In this document: positions 55,540 to 64,000 of the stretch, one piece after another
How the letters are laid out: every line of letters starts with the position of its first letter
Position numbering within the stretch: the first letter of the stretch is position 1
Assembly (NCBI GenBank): GCA_045535305.1
Contig: JAZSLJ010000007.1
Location: 5,440 to 69,439 of the forward strand
Length of the DNA: 64,000 nucleotides
Source: Acutalibacteraceae bacterium
GTDB lineage: Bacteria > Bacillota > Clostridia > Oscillospirales > Acutalibacteraceae
Direction of reading: 5' to 3'
The notes under the pieces: generated by a model
The model's database searches: none
What the model was told of the DNA's origin: nothing
What the model saw: only the letters and a program-made list of their open reading frames with translations
Made by a program: the position numbers and the translations under genes

Positions 55540-57713
55540 CCAAGCTGTTCAATAATATAATCCCCTACTCTTTGTGCCGATGAGCCGTCGGTGATTGTAT
55601 GAATCATATTTTTAACGGCTGTACGTGCTGTTTTTGCCGAATCTGCGCCGTTACTGATTTCACCGATAAAGGATATAAGGTCATCGGTGGATTCAATATA
55701 AAAGCCTTTGAGAATATCAAGAGGATTCTTGTATACAAAGCCGCGCTTTGCTATATATTCGTCAATATCTCCGATCGTAAGACCTATGGGCTTGTCCGTC
55801 AGCAGATAATCATAATAAACGGAAGAATAGTCCGTAATCATAGCATCGCATCTGCCAAGAAGCTCATACAACTGAACACCTTTTTCCTTGAGTGTATCGT
55901 CGTTTATAATAAAGAAATTAGAAAGTCCGTTTTCTTTAATAGCTGACAAATCCTGTGCCGGATGAGGCTTTAACACAACAAGACAATTCAAGGCTCTGAG
56001 ATAAGTATTGATTTTTTGCATATCTTCGGCGGTTTCAATAGCCGGAATACCCGTACCGTGGATTTTCATCTCATAACCTGCAAGTTTTTTGTTTTTTGCA
56101 CCGTCTTTTCTCTGACGGAATGTGGGCAGCCAGAAAATCACCTTGTCAAACTTATCGAATCCGAATTTTTCAAGAGCATCGTTAGGTTTATTAAGATAAT
56201 CATTTCGCGGAAAACCGCAGAAAATCATTTTATCCTTATCCACTCTTGCATCTGAGCTGAAATTATCAGCAAAAAATTCCGACACGCACAATGCGGCTGT
56301 ACAGCGGTTTTTTATGCAATATGTACCGTTTGACGCTTTAAGGGGCATACCGTGCTGAAGCCAGAGAGAGATTTTGTTTTTACCGTGAACACCCAAAAGC
56401 TGATTGCTGTAAACAAGTGCTTTTGCAGTTGCAATACTGTACATATACTTAAATTTACCGCCTATTGATTTTGCGTGTTTAATGTTAGTTAAAAACGATA
56501 CATTATTTTCTTTTGAATCTGCATATTTTGAGGCGTCATCACACAGCCATACAAATTCATACTTTTCGTTCAGACCCTTTTCAAGCAGATATTGGTAAAC
56601 GGGATATGTGTTGCAGGTAAGTGCGGGATTGCTTTCAAAAATAATCCTGTTTCTTGTTGGAAGCAGAGAAAACAAATAAAAAACAAGTTCAAAAAGTTCT
56701 TCTTTAATAACTTCACCGGAGCTAATAGAATTCTTTTTTAATTTAATATTAGTGTATTTTGCATAAACTTCGGGCTTAAAACAAATTGCATACCCAATAA
56801 TTGCAACTTTTTTATAAAATGAAGAAAGCTCTTTGAATGGTGCAATATATTTTATAAAAAAAGAAATATAATCGTTAATTAGTTTTTTTGTTTTGCCGTA
56901 ATAGAAATTTTCTGTTACACAATTTGAAAAATTAACAATGGCGATATCTAATGCATAAATTGCAGTTTCAGGAATCAGAGAGTTGAGTTTTTTATCAATA
57001 TAAAAATTTATTCTGTCCTTGAGAGCTTCTTCTCTTGCAAGATTTTTAGGTGAAAACTTTGTTCCTGTAATTCCTTCAGAATGTCTTACATAAAGATAAT
57101 AACGCTTGCTTGAGGTTACGATTCTGTTACAATTGTACACAATTTCATGAATTCTGGCATGGTCTTCATGGATTCGGCCTTCAGGAAAATACACACCATC
57201 AAAAACCTTTTTCTTATACACATTGTGAGTTGTATGACAGTAATAACCTGCATTGATTTCACAGAGCTTATGCAGATATTCATCTCTTGTCAATACTTCA
57301 TCGTTAACAATAGTCAGTCGTTCATTGTACTCGTCAATGGGATTGCCATCCGGATCAACATGCATGATGTTTCCGCAAGACATATCCGCATTGTTTTCAA
57401 TAAGCTTGTTGAGAAGTTCCTCTAAAGTTTCGGGAAGAATAAGGTCATCACTGTCAAGGCAAAAAATATACTCACCGCTGACAAGTGAAAGTGCAGTATT
57501 TCTTGCGGCGGAAACGCCCTTATTCTCGGTATGAACAACCTTGAATCTTGAATCATTTTCAGCCCATTTGTCGCATATTGCGCCGCTTGAATCGGTTGAA
57601 CCGTCATCAACCATAATTACCTCAAAATCCGTATAAGTCTGAGCCTTTACACTTTCAAGAGTCTTTTCAAGATATTTTTCTACATTGTAAACCGGCATAA
57701 GTACACTTATCAT
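55530..57713 (-). CDS. bifunctional GT2 glycosyltransferase / CDP-glycerol glycerophosphotransferase (TagF-like)
   Basis: N-terminus VLMPVYN..DDGSTD..LDSDD (GT2). The C-terminal half has TagF-like blocks (WLQHG.., FWLPTFR.., ITDYSSV.YDYLL.DKPI). Confidence 0.85.
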   Translation of the reverse strand: MISVLMPVYNVEKYLEKTLESVKAQTYTDFEVIMVDDGSTDSSGAICDKWAENDSRFKVVHTENKGVSAARNTALSLVSGEYIFCLDSDDLILPETLEELLNKLIENNADMSCGNIMHVDPDGNPIDEYNERLTIVNDEVLTRDEYLHKLCEINAGYYCHTTHNVYKKKVFDGVYFPEGRIHEDHARIHEIVYNCNRIVTSSKRYYLYVRHSEGITGTKFSPKNLAREEALKDRINFYIDKKLNSLIPETAIYALDIAIVNFSNCVTENFYYGKTKKLINDYISFFIKYIAPFKELSSFYKKVAIIGYAICFKPEVYAKYTNIKLKKNSISSGEVIKEELFELVFYLFSLLPTRNRIIFESNPALTCNTYPVYQYLLEKGLNEKYEFVWLCDDASKYADSKENNVSFLTNIKHAKSIGGKFKYMYSIATAKALVYSNQLLGVHGKNKISLWLQHGMPLKASNGTYCIKNRCTAALCVSEFFADNFSSDARVDKDKMIFCGFPRNDYLNKPNDALEKFGFDKFDKVIFWLPTFRQRKDGAKNKKLAGYEMKIHGTGIPAIETAEDMQKINTYLRALNCLVVLKPHPAQDLSAIKENGLSNFFIINDDTLKEKGVQLYELLGRCDAMITDYSSVYYDYLLTDKPIGLTIGDIDEYIAKRGFVYKNPLDILKGFYIESTDDLISFIGEISNGADSAKTARTAVKNMIHTITDGSSAQRVGDYIIEQLGKQ

Positions 57714-57794
57714 AAAATAACCTCACAAATACAATATAAAAATATTATACATTAAAATGCAGCAAAAGTCCATAGCTAAAAATCAATTAACATT

Positions 57795-57823
57795 ATAAAA
57801 GCACTCCCTTTTTGAGAGTGCTT
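57795..57823 (-). terminator. glyQS terminator
   Basis: AAGCACTC-loop-GAGTGCTT, followed by TTTT on the minus strand. Confidence 0.7.
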
Positions 57824-57829
57824 CTAATC

Positions 57830-59209
57830 TTAAAATTCAATTTTAGATGCAATATATGCCTCAAGCTCGTCGATGGGAAGTCTAACCTGCTCCATAGTAT
57901 CTCTGTCGCGGACTGTTACACAGCCGTCTGTTTCACTTTCAAAGTCGTATGTGATACAGAAAGGTGTACCGATTTCGTCCTCACGGCGGTATCTCTTACC
58001 GATTGAGCCTGTTTCATCAAAGTCAACCATGAACTTTTTGCTCAGCTTTTCATAAACCTCCATAGCCTTGTCGGAAAGCTTCTTTGAAAGGGGAAGAACT
58101 GCTGCCTTATAGGGAGCTACAACAGGGCTAAGGTGAAGAACAACTCTTACATCGTTCTTTTCTGCATCAATAACCTCTTCGTCATAAGCTTCGCAAAGAA
58201 GAGCGAGAACGGTTCTGTCAAGACCGTAAGTTGATTCAATGATGAAAGGAATAAATTTCTCGTTTGTTTCGGGATCAAGATAATCCATCTTCTGACCGCT
58301 GTATTCCTGTTGTCTTGTAAGGTCGAAGTTTGTTCTGTTGTGAGTGCCGTTAATTTCACCCCAGCCGAAGGGGAAAAGGAACTCAATATCACAAGCCGCT
58401 TTTGCATAGTGAGCAAGCTTTTCGTGGTCGTGGAAACGGAGATGCTCTGCGGGAATACCGAGGTCTTTGTAATACTCCATACCGTAGTTTTTGAAATAAT
58501 CGTAAAGCTCGGTATCTGTGCCTTCTTTACAGAAAGTCTGGAACTCCATCTGCTCGAATTCGATAGTTCTGAACGTAAAGTTACCGGGTGTGATTTCGTT
58601 TCTGAAAGCCTTACCGATCTGACCGATGCTGAAAGGAAGCTTTGCTCTCATTGAACGCTGAACATTAAGATAGTTTACATACTCACCCTGTGCATTTTCG
58701 GGACGAAGATATATAACGCTCTTACTGTTGTTTGTAACGCCTCTGAAGGTCTGGAACATAAGATTAAATTCTCTTATGTCTGTAAAGTTATGCTTGCCGC
58801 AGTTGGGACAGGGAATTGAATGAGCCTTGATGTACTCAAACATTTCTTCCTTTGTCATACCGTCTGCATGGGCATTCTCATCAAAATCGTCGATAAGATT
58901 GTCTGCTCTGTGTCGCATTTTGCACTCTTTGCAGTCAAGAAGCGGGTCGGAGAATGATGCAACGTGGCCGCTTGCTTCCCATACTCTGGGATGCATAAGG
59001 ATATCGGCATCAACCTCATAGCTGTTCTTTCTTTCCTGAATAAATCTCTTTCTCCAGGTATCTTTAACATTATTTTTAAGTCTTGCACCTAAGGGGCCGT
59101 AGTCCCAAGTGTTTGCAAGGCCGCCGTAGATATCGCTGCCTGCGAATATGAATCCTCTGCTCTTGCAAAGGGCAACAATTTTTTCCATTGTTTTTTCGGT
59201 ATTATTCAT
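57830..59209 (-). CDS. glyQS: glycine-tRNA ligase (homodimeric GlyQS type)
   Basis: RGFIF.GS.IYGGLAN.WDYGP.G...K.N. N-terminus; 459 aa, class II aaRS. Confidence 0.95.
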   Translation of the reverse strand: MNNTEKTMEKIVALCKSRGFIFAGSDIYGGLANTWDYGPLGARLKNNVKDTWRKRFIQERKNSYEVDADILMHPRVWEASGHVASFSDPLLDCKECKMRHRADNLIDDFDENAHADGMTKEEMFEYIKAHSIPCPNCGKHNFTDIREFNLMFQTFRGVTNNSKSVIYLRPENAQGEYVNYLNVQRSMRAKLPFSIGQIGKAFRNEITPGNFTFRTIEFEQMEFQTFCKEGTDTELYDYFKNYGMEYYKDLGIPAEHLRFHDHEKLAHYAKAACDIEFLFPFGWGEINGTHNRTNFDLTRQQEYSGQKMDYLDPETNEKFIPFIIESTYGLDRTVLALLCEAYDEEVIDAEKNDVRVVLHLSPVVAPYKAAVLPLSKKLSDKAMEVYEKLSKKFMVDFDETGSIGKRYRREDEIGTPFCITYDFESETDGCVTVRDRDTMEQVRLPIDELEAYIASKIEF

Positions 59210-59251
59210 CTGTTTAACCTCCGATTTAACATTTCACAAATTCAGCATATA

Positions 59252-59280
59252 ATTTTAAAGCAAAATAAACAAAATGTCAA
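59252..59280 (-). promoter_or_regulatory. glyQS promoter (no T-box leader)
   Basis: TTGACA-17 nt-TAAAAT, with only about 35 nt to the GGAGG SD. Confidence 0.6.
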
Positions 59281-59353
59281 GATGATTATACAATAATATA
59301 CAATATTACAAAAAATCCTTATTAAAAAAGGGATATATATGTAATTTTTTGCA

Positions 59354-59382
59354 TTGACAGTAATAATTATCTGTGATAAAAT
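59354..59382 (+). promoter_or_regulatory. promoter of the leader ORF and ABC exporter operon
   Basis: TTGACA-17 nt-TAAAAT. Confidence 0.6.
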
Positions 59383-59429
59383 TCCATTTGCTGTATAAAA
59401 AATTTAAAATTTGAAAGGAGGCGGACATA

Positions 59430-59492
59430 ATGATGAACAATATGAACAATACAGTTAAACAAGCCGAATGCATTTTGTCCGTTTCAAAGTAA
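59430..59492 (+). CDS. 20-codon leader peptide ORF (MMNNMNNTVKQAECILSVSK)
   Basis: Strong GAAAGGAGG SD 8 nt upstream. The ORF lies between the promoter and a terminator-like hairpin, upstream of the ABC genes. Confidence 0.4.
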   Translation: MMNNMNNTVKQAECILSVSK

Positions 59493-59511
59493 CAGTTACG
59501 GATAATATTGC

Positions 59512-59545
59512 GGTCTCGGCGTTATGTCGGGATTTTTTATTTTTT
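59512..59545 (+). terminator. putative attenuator hairpin plus T-run
   Basis: GGTCTCGGC-GTTAT-GTCGGGATT (9 bp, 4 of them G-U) followed by TTTTTTATTTTTT. The ABC gene's SD begins about 10 nt later. Confidence 0.4.
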
Positions 59546-59566
59546 AGAATGTGAAAGGAGAAAATT

Positions 59567-61381
59567 ATGAAAAAGCAAAAAGAAAAAGCACACGTATTAA
59601 AAAATACGCTGTTTATTCTCGGTTGCGGAATGAAAAGCGCACCGTTTCATATGTTAAGCCTGTACATTTCCAACATCGCGGAAAACGTATACTACTCGTT
59701 GGTTTTCAGTGTATTTTTCCTGAAAACGGCGCTGTCCGTTATTGAGGGAAACGGCACATTCAAAGAACTTGCAATTAAAATTGTGCTTATGGTTGCGGGT
59801 AAAATAGTTATAGATATGCTCGGCTATTTTACAAACTTTTACTCACGCATACGTTTTGAAATAAAGTGCGAAAGCTACATAAACGAATTGATTTTTAAAA
59901 AAGCACAACAGGTGGAGTTGGGCTGCTATGAAAACCCCGAATTTTTTGATAAATATAATCGCGCAACCTGGGTTGTTGAAAAGCACGGCTTCAAGCGTAT
60001 CGTAAACGGTACGTCATGGGTTATCGGCTCACTTATCAGCCTTATTGTAATGGTTACATATCTTGTATCCATTGACCCTGTGATGATAATTTTTATTATC
60101 TGCCCTGTTTTTGTAATGTTTTTCCGCGCGCTTAAAAACAAGGAAGAATTTAAAAAAGAAAAAGAAACAACACCTTACGAAAGACAGAAAGAATATGTGA
60201 GGAGAACTGTTCTTTTAAAAGATTTTGCAAAAGAAATAAAAACAACGGATATTTTTACCGTACTAAAACGCAGATTCAAAACAGCGGTTGAAAAAAATAT
60301 ATCTCTTATTAAGAAATATGGTATACGTGTTGCCGTACTTGAAATATTAAGCGATTTCTTCGGCGATGTTATACCTGTTGCAGGCGGCTTCGGCTACGGC
60401 TGTTACCGTCTTGTTGCTTTGGAGAATCTTGCAATATCGGATTTTTCCGTGCTTGTTTCCGCAATTCTTCAATGCAGATACAAAATCAACAACTTTTCCC
60501 GTTATTTCACAATGCAGCAAAAGCATTGTCTGTGGGTGCAGAGCTTACGGGAATTTCTTGCCTACGAGCCGCAGATTGTTGACGGCGGTATTGAAACAGA
60601 GGAATTCGAAAGCCTTGAATTCAGAAACGTAACCTTTGCATATCCGGGCAAAGAGGAAAAAACGCTCAAAAACATATCGTTCAAAATCAACAAGGGTGAA
60701 ACCGTTGCCGTTGTAGGCCATAACGGAGCAGGTAAAACCACTCTTTCCAAGCTGATTATGCGTCTTTACGACGTAACCGAGGGTGAAATTCTTTATAACG
60801 GCAGAAACATAAAAGAATACAATATTGCAAGCTACAGAAACCGCTTTGCAAGCGTTTTTCAGGATTACCGCGTCTTTGCAATGACAGTTGCCGAAAACGT
60901 GCTTATGCAGGAGGTTGATGAAAACAACATTTCACTTGCCGAAAAAGCACTTACACAAAGTGGCATAAAAAGCAGAATAGACAAGCTCCCCGAGGGTATG
61001 GATACACTCCTTACAAAAGAGTTTGACGACAGCGGTGCATCCCTTTCGGGCGGTGAAACTCAAAAACTCACTATTGCAAGAATGTTTGCAAAAAATTTTG
61101 ATGTGGCTGTGCTTGACGAGCCTTCATCGGCGCTTGACCCTGTTGCGGAGTCAAAAATGTACGAAGCACTTGCCGAGGGTACAAAGGGTAAAACCGTTAT
61201 TTATATTTCTCACCGACTTTCCAGCGCGGCAAATGCGGATAAAATCATTGTTTTCCGCGAAGGTATGCTCATTGAACAGGGCAACCATTCCGAATTGATG
61301 GAAAAGGGCGGCGAATACTGCGAGATGTTCACTCTTCAGGCTTCGGGATACAGAGAGGAGGGGCATAACGATGAAGATTAA
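59567..61381 (+). CDS. ABC exporter, fused permease/ATPase (type I, half-transporter)
   Basis: 6-TM N-terminal half, then GHNGAGKTT Walker A, LSGGETQK signature, LDEPSSALD Walker B and SHRL H-loop. Confidence 0.9.
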   Translation: MKKQKEKAHVLKNTLFILGCGMKSAPFHMLSLYISNIAENVYYSLVFSVFFLKTALSVIEGNGTFKELAIKIVLMVAGKIVIDMLGYFTNFYSRIRFEIKCESYINELIFKKAQQVELGCYENPEFFDKYNRATWVVEKHGFKRIVNGTSWVIGSLISLIVMVTYLVSIDPVMIIFIICPVFVMFFRALKNKEEFKKEKETTPYERQKEYVRRTVLLKDFAKEIKTTDIFTVLKRRFKTAVEKNISLIKKYGIRVAVLEILSDFFGDVIPVAGGFGYGCYRLVALENLAISDFSVLVSAILQCRYKINNFSRYFTMQQKHCLWVQSLREFLAYEPQIVDGGIETEEFESLEFRNVTFAYPGKEEKTLKNISFKINKGETVAVVGHNGAGKTTLSKLIMRLYDVTEGEILYNGRNIKEYNIASYRNRFASVFQDYRVFAMTVAENVLMQEVDENNISLAEKALTQSGIKSRIDKLPEGMDTLLTKEFDDSGASLSGGETQKLTIARMFAKNFDVAVLDEPSSALDPVAESKMYEALAEGTKGKTVIYISHRLSSAANADKIIVFREGMLIEQGNHSELMEKGGEYCEMFTLQASGYREEGHNDED

Positions 61382-63173
61382 CAAAACCAAAATAAAAGAA
61401 AGCTTTGTGAATTTACGTAACTATCTTTTTATGCTTAAGTTTGTTATGAAAAGCGCACCGATGCTTATGATATGCACCGTATTTTTTGATGCTATGACGG
61501 AGCTTCCCTGGGTGCTGTCAAACGTTGTGCTTCTGAAATACATTATTGATGTTGTTTCATCGGGAACTGAATTACACAGAGTTTTTATTTCCTGCGGTGC
61601 TTTTGCGGCATTGGTAATCGTAGGTAATTTTATGAACACCGTTTTTTATGAGATTCTTCTGCCCGTACAGAAAGAAAAGCTTAATAAAAAACTGTATGAG
61701 CAGATATACGAAAAAGCGGCAAGAATGGATTTATCATCCTATGACGACCCCAAATTCTACAACGATTTTGTTCTTGCCATGAACACGATGGGTGAAAGAA
61801 TTGACGCAATAATCCACGATTCAACAACTCTTTTTACAAACGTTATAGCCATCGGTACAATAACGGGTATCGTTGCATCAATAGACCCGATGTGCCTTGT
61901 GTTTGTAACGGTATGTATTCTTATGATGCTCCCCGTAGGCAGAATCATAGCAAAAGTAAATGTTCAGCGAACGGAAGCGATGACTCCCCTTGACAGAAAA
62001 AATCTTTATTTCCAGCGTGTTTTCTATCTGCAGGATTACGCAAAGGAAATAAGGCTCAACCCTGCAGGTGAAATGACCGAACGAAGATATCAGAAGAATA
62101 TTATTGACCGTCTGTTTACAATAACTCCGTTTCTTAAAAAACAGTGGAAGCTGTATTTCTGTCAGGAAAGTGCACCTTTCACACTGTTGATTTACCTCGG
62201 CATAACGCTTTATCTCGGCTACAAAGCAATAGTTCTTCGTGAGCTTGATATGGGTGATTTTGCCGCATCCTTCAACGGAGCTATCAACATAGGCGACAGA
62301 ATGTTCTTCCTTACATCCTGGTTTGCAATCAATTTCAGAGAAAACGGACTTTACGTTGAAAAATTTAAAAAGTTTATGAATGCGGACGAAAAAATCAAAG
62401 GCGGTACTCACACCGAAATCCTTGAAAAACCGCAGACGATAAAGCTTGAAAACGTATCATTCACCTACCCCGGCAACGAACAGCCGACACTTAAAAACAT
62501 CAATCTTGAAATAAAGCCTTACCAGAAAATAGCTTTGGTCGGTTATAACGGTGCGGGTAAAACCACACTGACAAATCTTTTGCTCAGGCTCTACGACGTA
62601 ACAGAAGGCAGTATCACCGTAGGCGGAAAAAACATAAAAGATTGGGATACCAAAGCCTATCACGATAATTTTGCGGCAGTTTTTCAGGATTTTTCACTGT
62701 TCGGCGCAACTGTCGGTGAAAATGTGGCTATGGCTGACACCCACGACAACGATAAGGTTATTGCCGCCCTTAAAGAAAGCGGATTTGACAAAAATCTTGC
62801 AAATGGAACAGACACCGTACTTCTGCGTGAATTTGACGACGACGGATTGTCCCTTTCGGGCGGTGAATCGCAGAAAGTCGCAATAGCAAGAACATTCTAT
62901 AAAGACTGTCCCTTTGCAATTCTTGACGAGCCCTCAGCAAATCTTGACCCCATGAGCGAATACGCTCTTAACGAAGCTATGTCAAGAGCCGCAGACAACA
63001 AAACCGTTATATTTATTTCTCACAGACTTTCAACAACCGTTATGGCTGATGTTATATATATGCTTGAAAACGGAGAAATAATAGAAAGCGGCAGCCACGA
63101 AGAGCTTATGGCTAAAAACGGCAAGTATGCATATATGTTCAATCTTCAGGCTGAGAAGTATAAAAATAATTAA
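61371..63173 (+). CDS. ABC exporter, fused permease/ATPase (probable heterodimer partner)
   Basis: GYNGAGKTT, LSGGESQK, LDEPSANLD and SHRL motifs. It overlaps the upstream gene by 11 nt. Confidence 0.9.
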   Translation: MKINKTKIKESFVNLRNYLFMLKFVMKSAPMLMICTVFFDAMTELPWVLSNVVLLKYIIDVVSSGTELHRVFISCGAFAALVIVGNFMNTVFYEILLPVQKEKLNKKLYEQIYEKAARMDLSSYDDPKFYNDFVLAMNTMGERIDAIIHDSTTLFTNVIAIGTITGIVASIDPMCLVFVTVCILMMLPVGRIIAKVNVQRTEAMTPLDRKNLYFQRVFYLQDYAKEIRLNPAGEMTERRYQKNIIDRLFTITPFLKKQWKLYFCQESAPFTLLIYLGITLYLGYKAIVLRELDMGDFAASFNGAINIGDRMFFLTSWFAINFRENGLYVEKFKKFMNADEKIKGGTHTEILEKPQTIKLENVSFTYPGNEQPTLKNINLEIKPYQKIALVGYNGAGKTTLTNLLLRLYDVTEGSITVGGKNIKDWDTKAYHDNFAAVFQDFSLFGATVGENVAMADTHDNDKVIAALKESGFDKNLANGTDTVLLREFDDDGLSLSGGESQKVAIARTFYKDCPFAILDEPSANLDPMSEYALNEAMSRAADNKTVIFISHRLSTTVMADVIYMLENGEIIESGSHEELMAKNGKYAYMFNLQAEKYKNN

Positions 63174-63184
63174 AAGGAAAAATT

Positions 63185-64000
63185 ATGAAAAATAAAGAAA
63201 AAAAAGACCGTTTCGGCGTATTGAAAAACTCATTATACGCCGCTAAAATCATAGCCAAGGCATCACCTGTAATGCTGCCGGGATACACTCTTTCCATTTT
63301 CGGATATTTTTTCTTTGACAGATATCTGAAAAATGTTATATTCCTTGACAAAATGCTTGGTGTTGTTACCGACGGCGGCACATTTGAAACATTTATGAAA
63401 ACGCTTATAGTTTTCTGCATCGTAGGTATCGGAGCGCAGTTTCTTGACTGCTTCGGCGACTATCTCTCCTCATCTGAGAACAAAAAGGTTTATAAGCTTC
63501 TGAATGAACAGATTTTCAGAAAAGCCTGTTCCGTTGATGTTGAATGTTATGAAAATCCGAAATTTTATGATAATTACAAACGTGCAACGGATGTTATAAA
63601 CAACGATATGACACTCGGTTTTTCCTGGTGTCTCAGCAATATGGTCGCATTTATCGTGGTCGGAGGCAGTCTTGCCTCTTATATCTGCTCGGTTGACCCG
63701 AAGATACTTTTCTTTCTTCTGGGTATGATTCCTTATGTTTTGCTGGAATCTTTCAGAAATAAGCTTGAATACAAAAAAGACAAGGAAATGACCTCCAACA
63801 ACCGTAAAAAGGACTATGTTCAGCGCGTTGTATTCCTGAAGGATTTTTCAAAGGATATGCGAACATCGGGCATATATGACGTTATGAAGACACGCTTTGT
63901 AAGAGCCGTTGAAAGGAACCGTGAAATCATACGTAAATACGGCTGGAAAACAGGTATTATTGATGTTTTCGGCGGATTTTTCAGCGAAATTTTACCTATT
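63185..64000 (+). CDS. third ABC exporter paralog (5' part; runs off the window)
   Basis: Not in the track because no stop lies in the window. Hand translation gives MKNKEKKDRFGVLKNSLYAAKIIAKASPVML.., with CYENPKFYDNYKRAT matching CYENPEFFDKYNRAT in the first ABC gene. Confidence 0.8.
   Translation, partial: MKNKEKKDRFGVLKNSLYAAKIIAKASPVMLPGYTLSIFGYFFFDRYLKNVIFLDKMLGVVTDGGTFETFMKTLIVFCIVGIGAQFLDCFGDYLSSSENKKVYKLLNEQIFRKACSVDVECYENPKFYDNYKRATDVINNDMTLGFSWCLSNMVAFIVVGGSLASYICSVDPKILFFLLGMIPYVLLESFRNKLEYKKDKEMTSNNRKKDYVQRVVFLKDFSKDMRTSGIYDVMKTRFVRAVERNREIIRKYGWKTGIIDVFGGFFSEILPI

Noticed and set aside
59210-59300. T-box leader expected upstream of glyQS
   Set aside because: Only about 35 nt separate the TTGACA-17-TAAAAT promoter from the SD. 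There is no specifier hairpin and no T-box sequence.
59430-59492. Leader ORF as a RiPP or bacteriocin precursor exported by the downstream ABC transporters
   Set aside because: No modification enzymes or immunity gene are present, the ABC proteins have no C39 peptidase domain, and there is no Gly-Gly leader motif. The terminator immediately after the ORF fits attenuation better. This reading is not fully excluded.

Overview
This is a 64-kb chromosomal segment of a low-GC (about 40% by eye) Firmicute. It is probably a Ruminococcaceae/Oscillospiraceae-type Clostridium, judging from a dockerin protein, a single-chain PurL, a PurO-type IMP cyclohydrolase and GH29/GH35/GH78 glycan-foraging genes. 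All calls come from reading the ORF track and hand translation or folding; no searches were run.

Gene content is mostly core:
- a purE-M-N-O-H-D-L operon behind a ZTP (pfl) riboswitch
- pgk-tpiA-gpmI, glyQS, typA, a yebC-family gene, ruvX, a class A PBP and an RluA-family synthase
- glycoside hydrolases with GPH symporters
- a 2353-aa cyclic-beta-1,2-glucan-synthase-like protein
- a patatin / acyltransferase / acyl-ligase operon, with a second acyltransferase paralog elsewhere in the window
- three tandem ABC exporters

I saw no transposase, integrase, cas genes, CRISPR array, tRNA or rRNA.

The unusual content is intergenic and invisible in the ORF track:
1. A three-copy family of about 137-bp elements bounded by 13-bp terminal inverted repeats, with tandem-heptamer arms around a conserved GC hairpin core. 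They sit exactly at gene 3' ends, and the terminal repeat supplies stop codons.
2. Two paralogous type I toxin-antitoxin loci (26- and 32-aa hydrophobic KKK-tailed peptides plus a convergent sRNA). Their RNA leaders are far more conserved than the peptides.
3. An array of eight ATGAT(G/A)G boxes alternating with small palindromes, next to a decayed four-helix-bundle gene.
4. An XRE plus mini-lipoprotein module flanked by 31-bp direct repeats of a terminator hairpin.
5. A 20-codon leader ORF plus attenuator in front of the ABC exporters.

I found no complete, clearly novel multi-gene protein system. The repeat family and the toxin-antitoxin RNA architecture are the best candidates for something undescribed.
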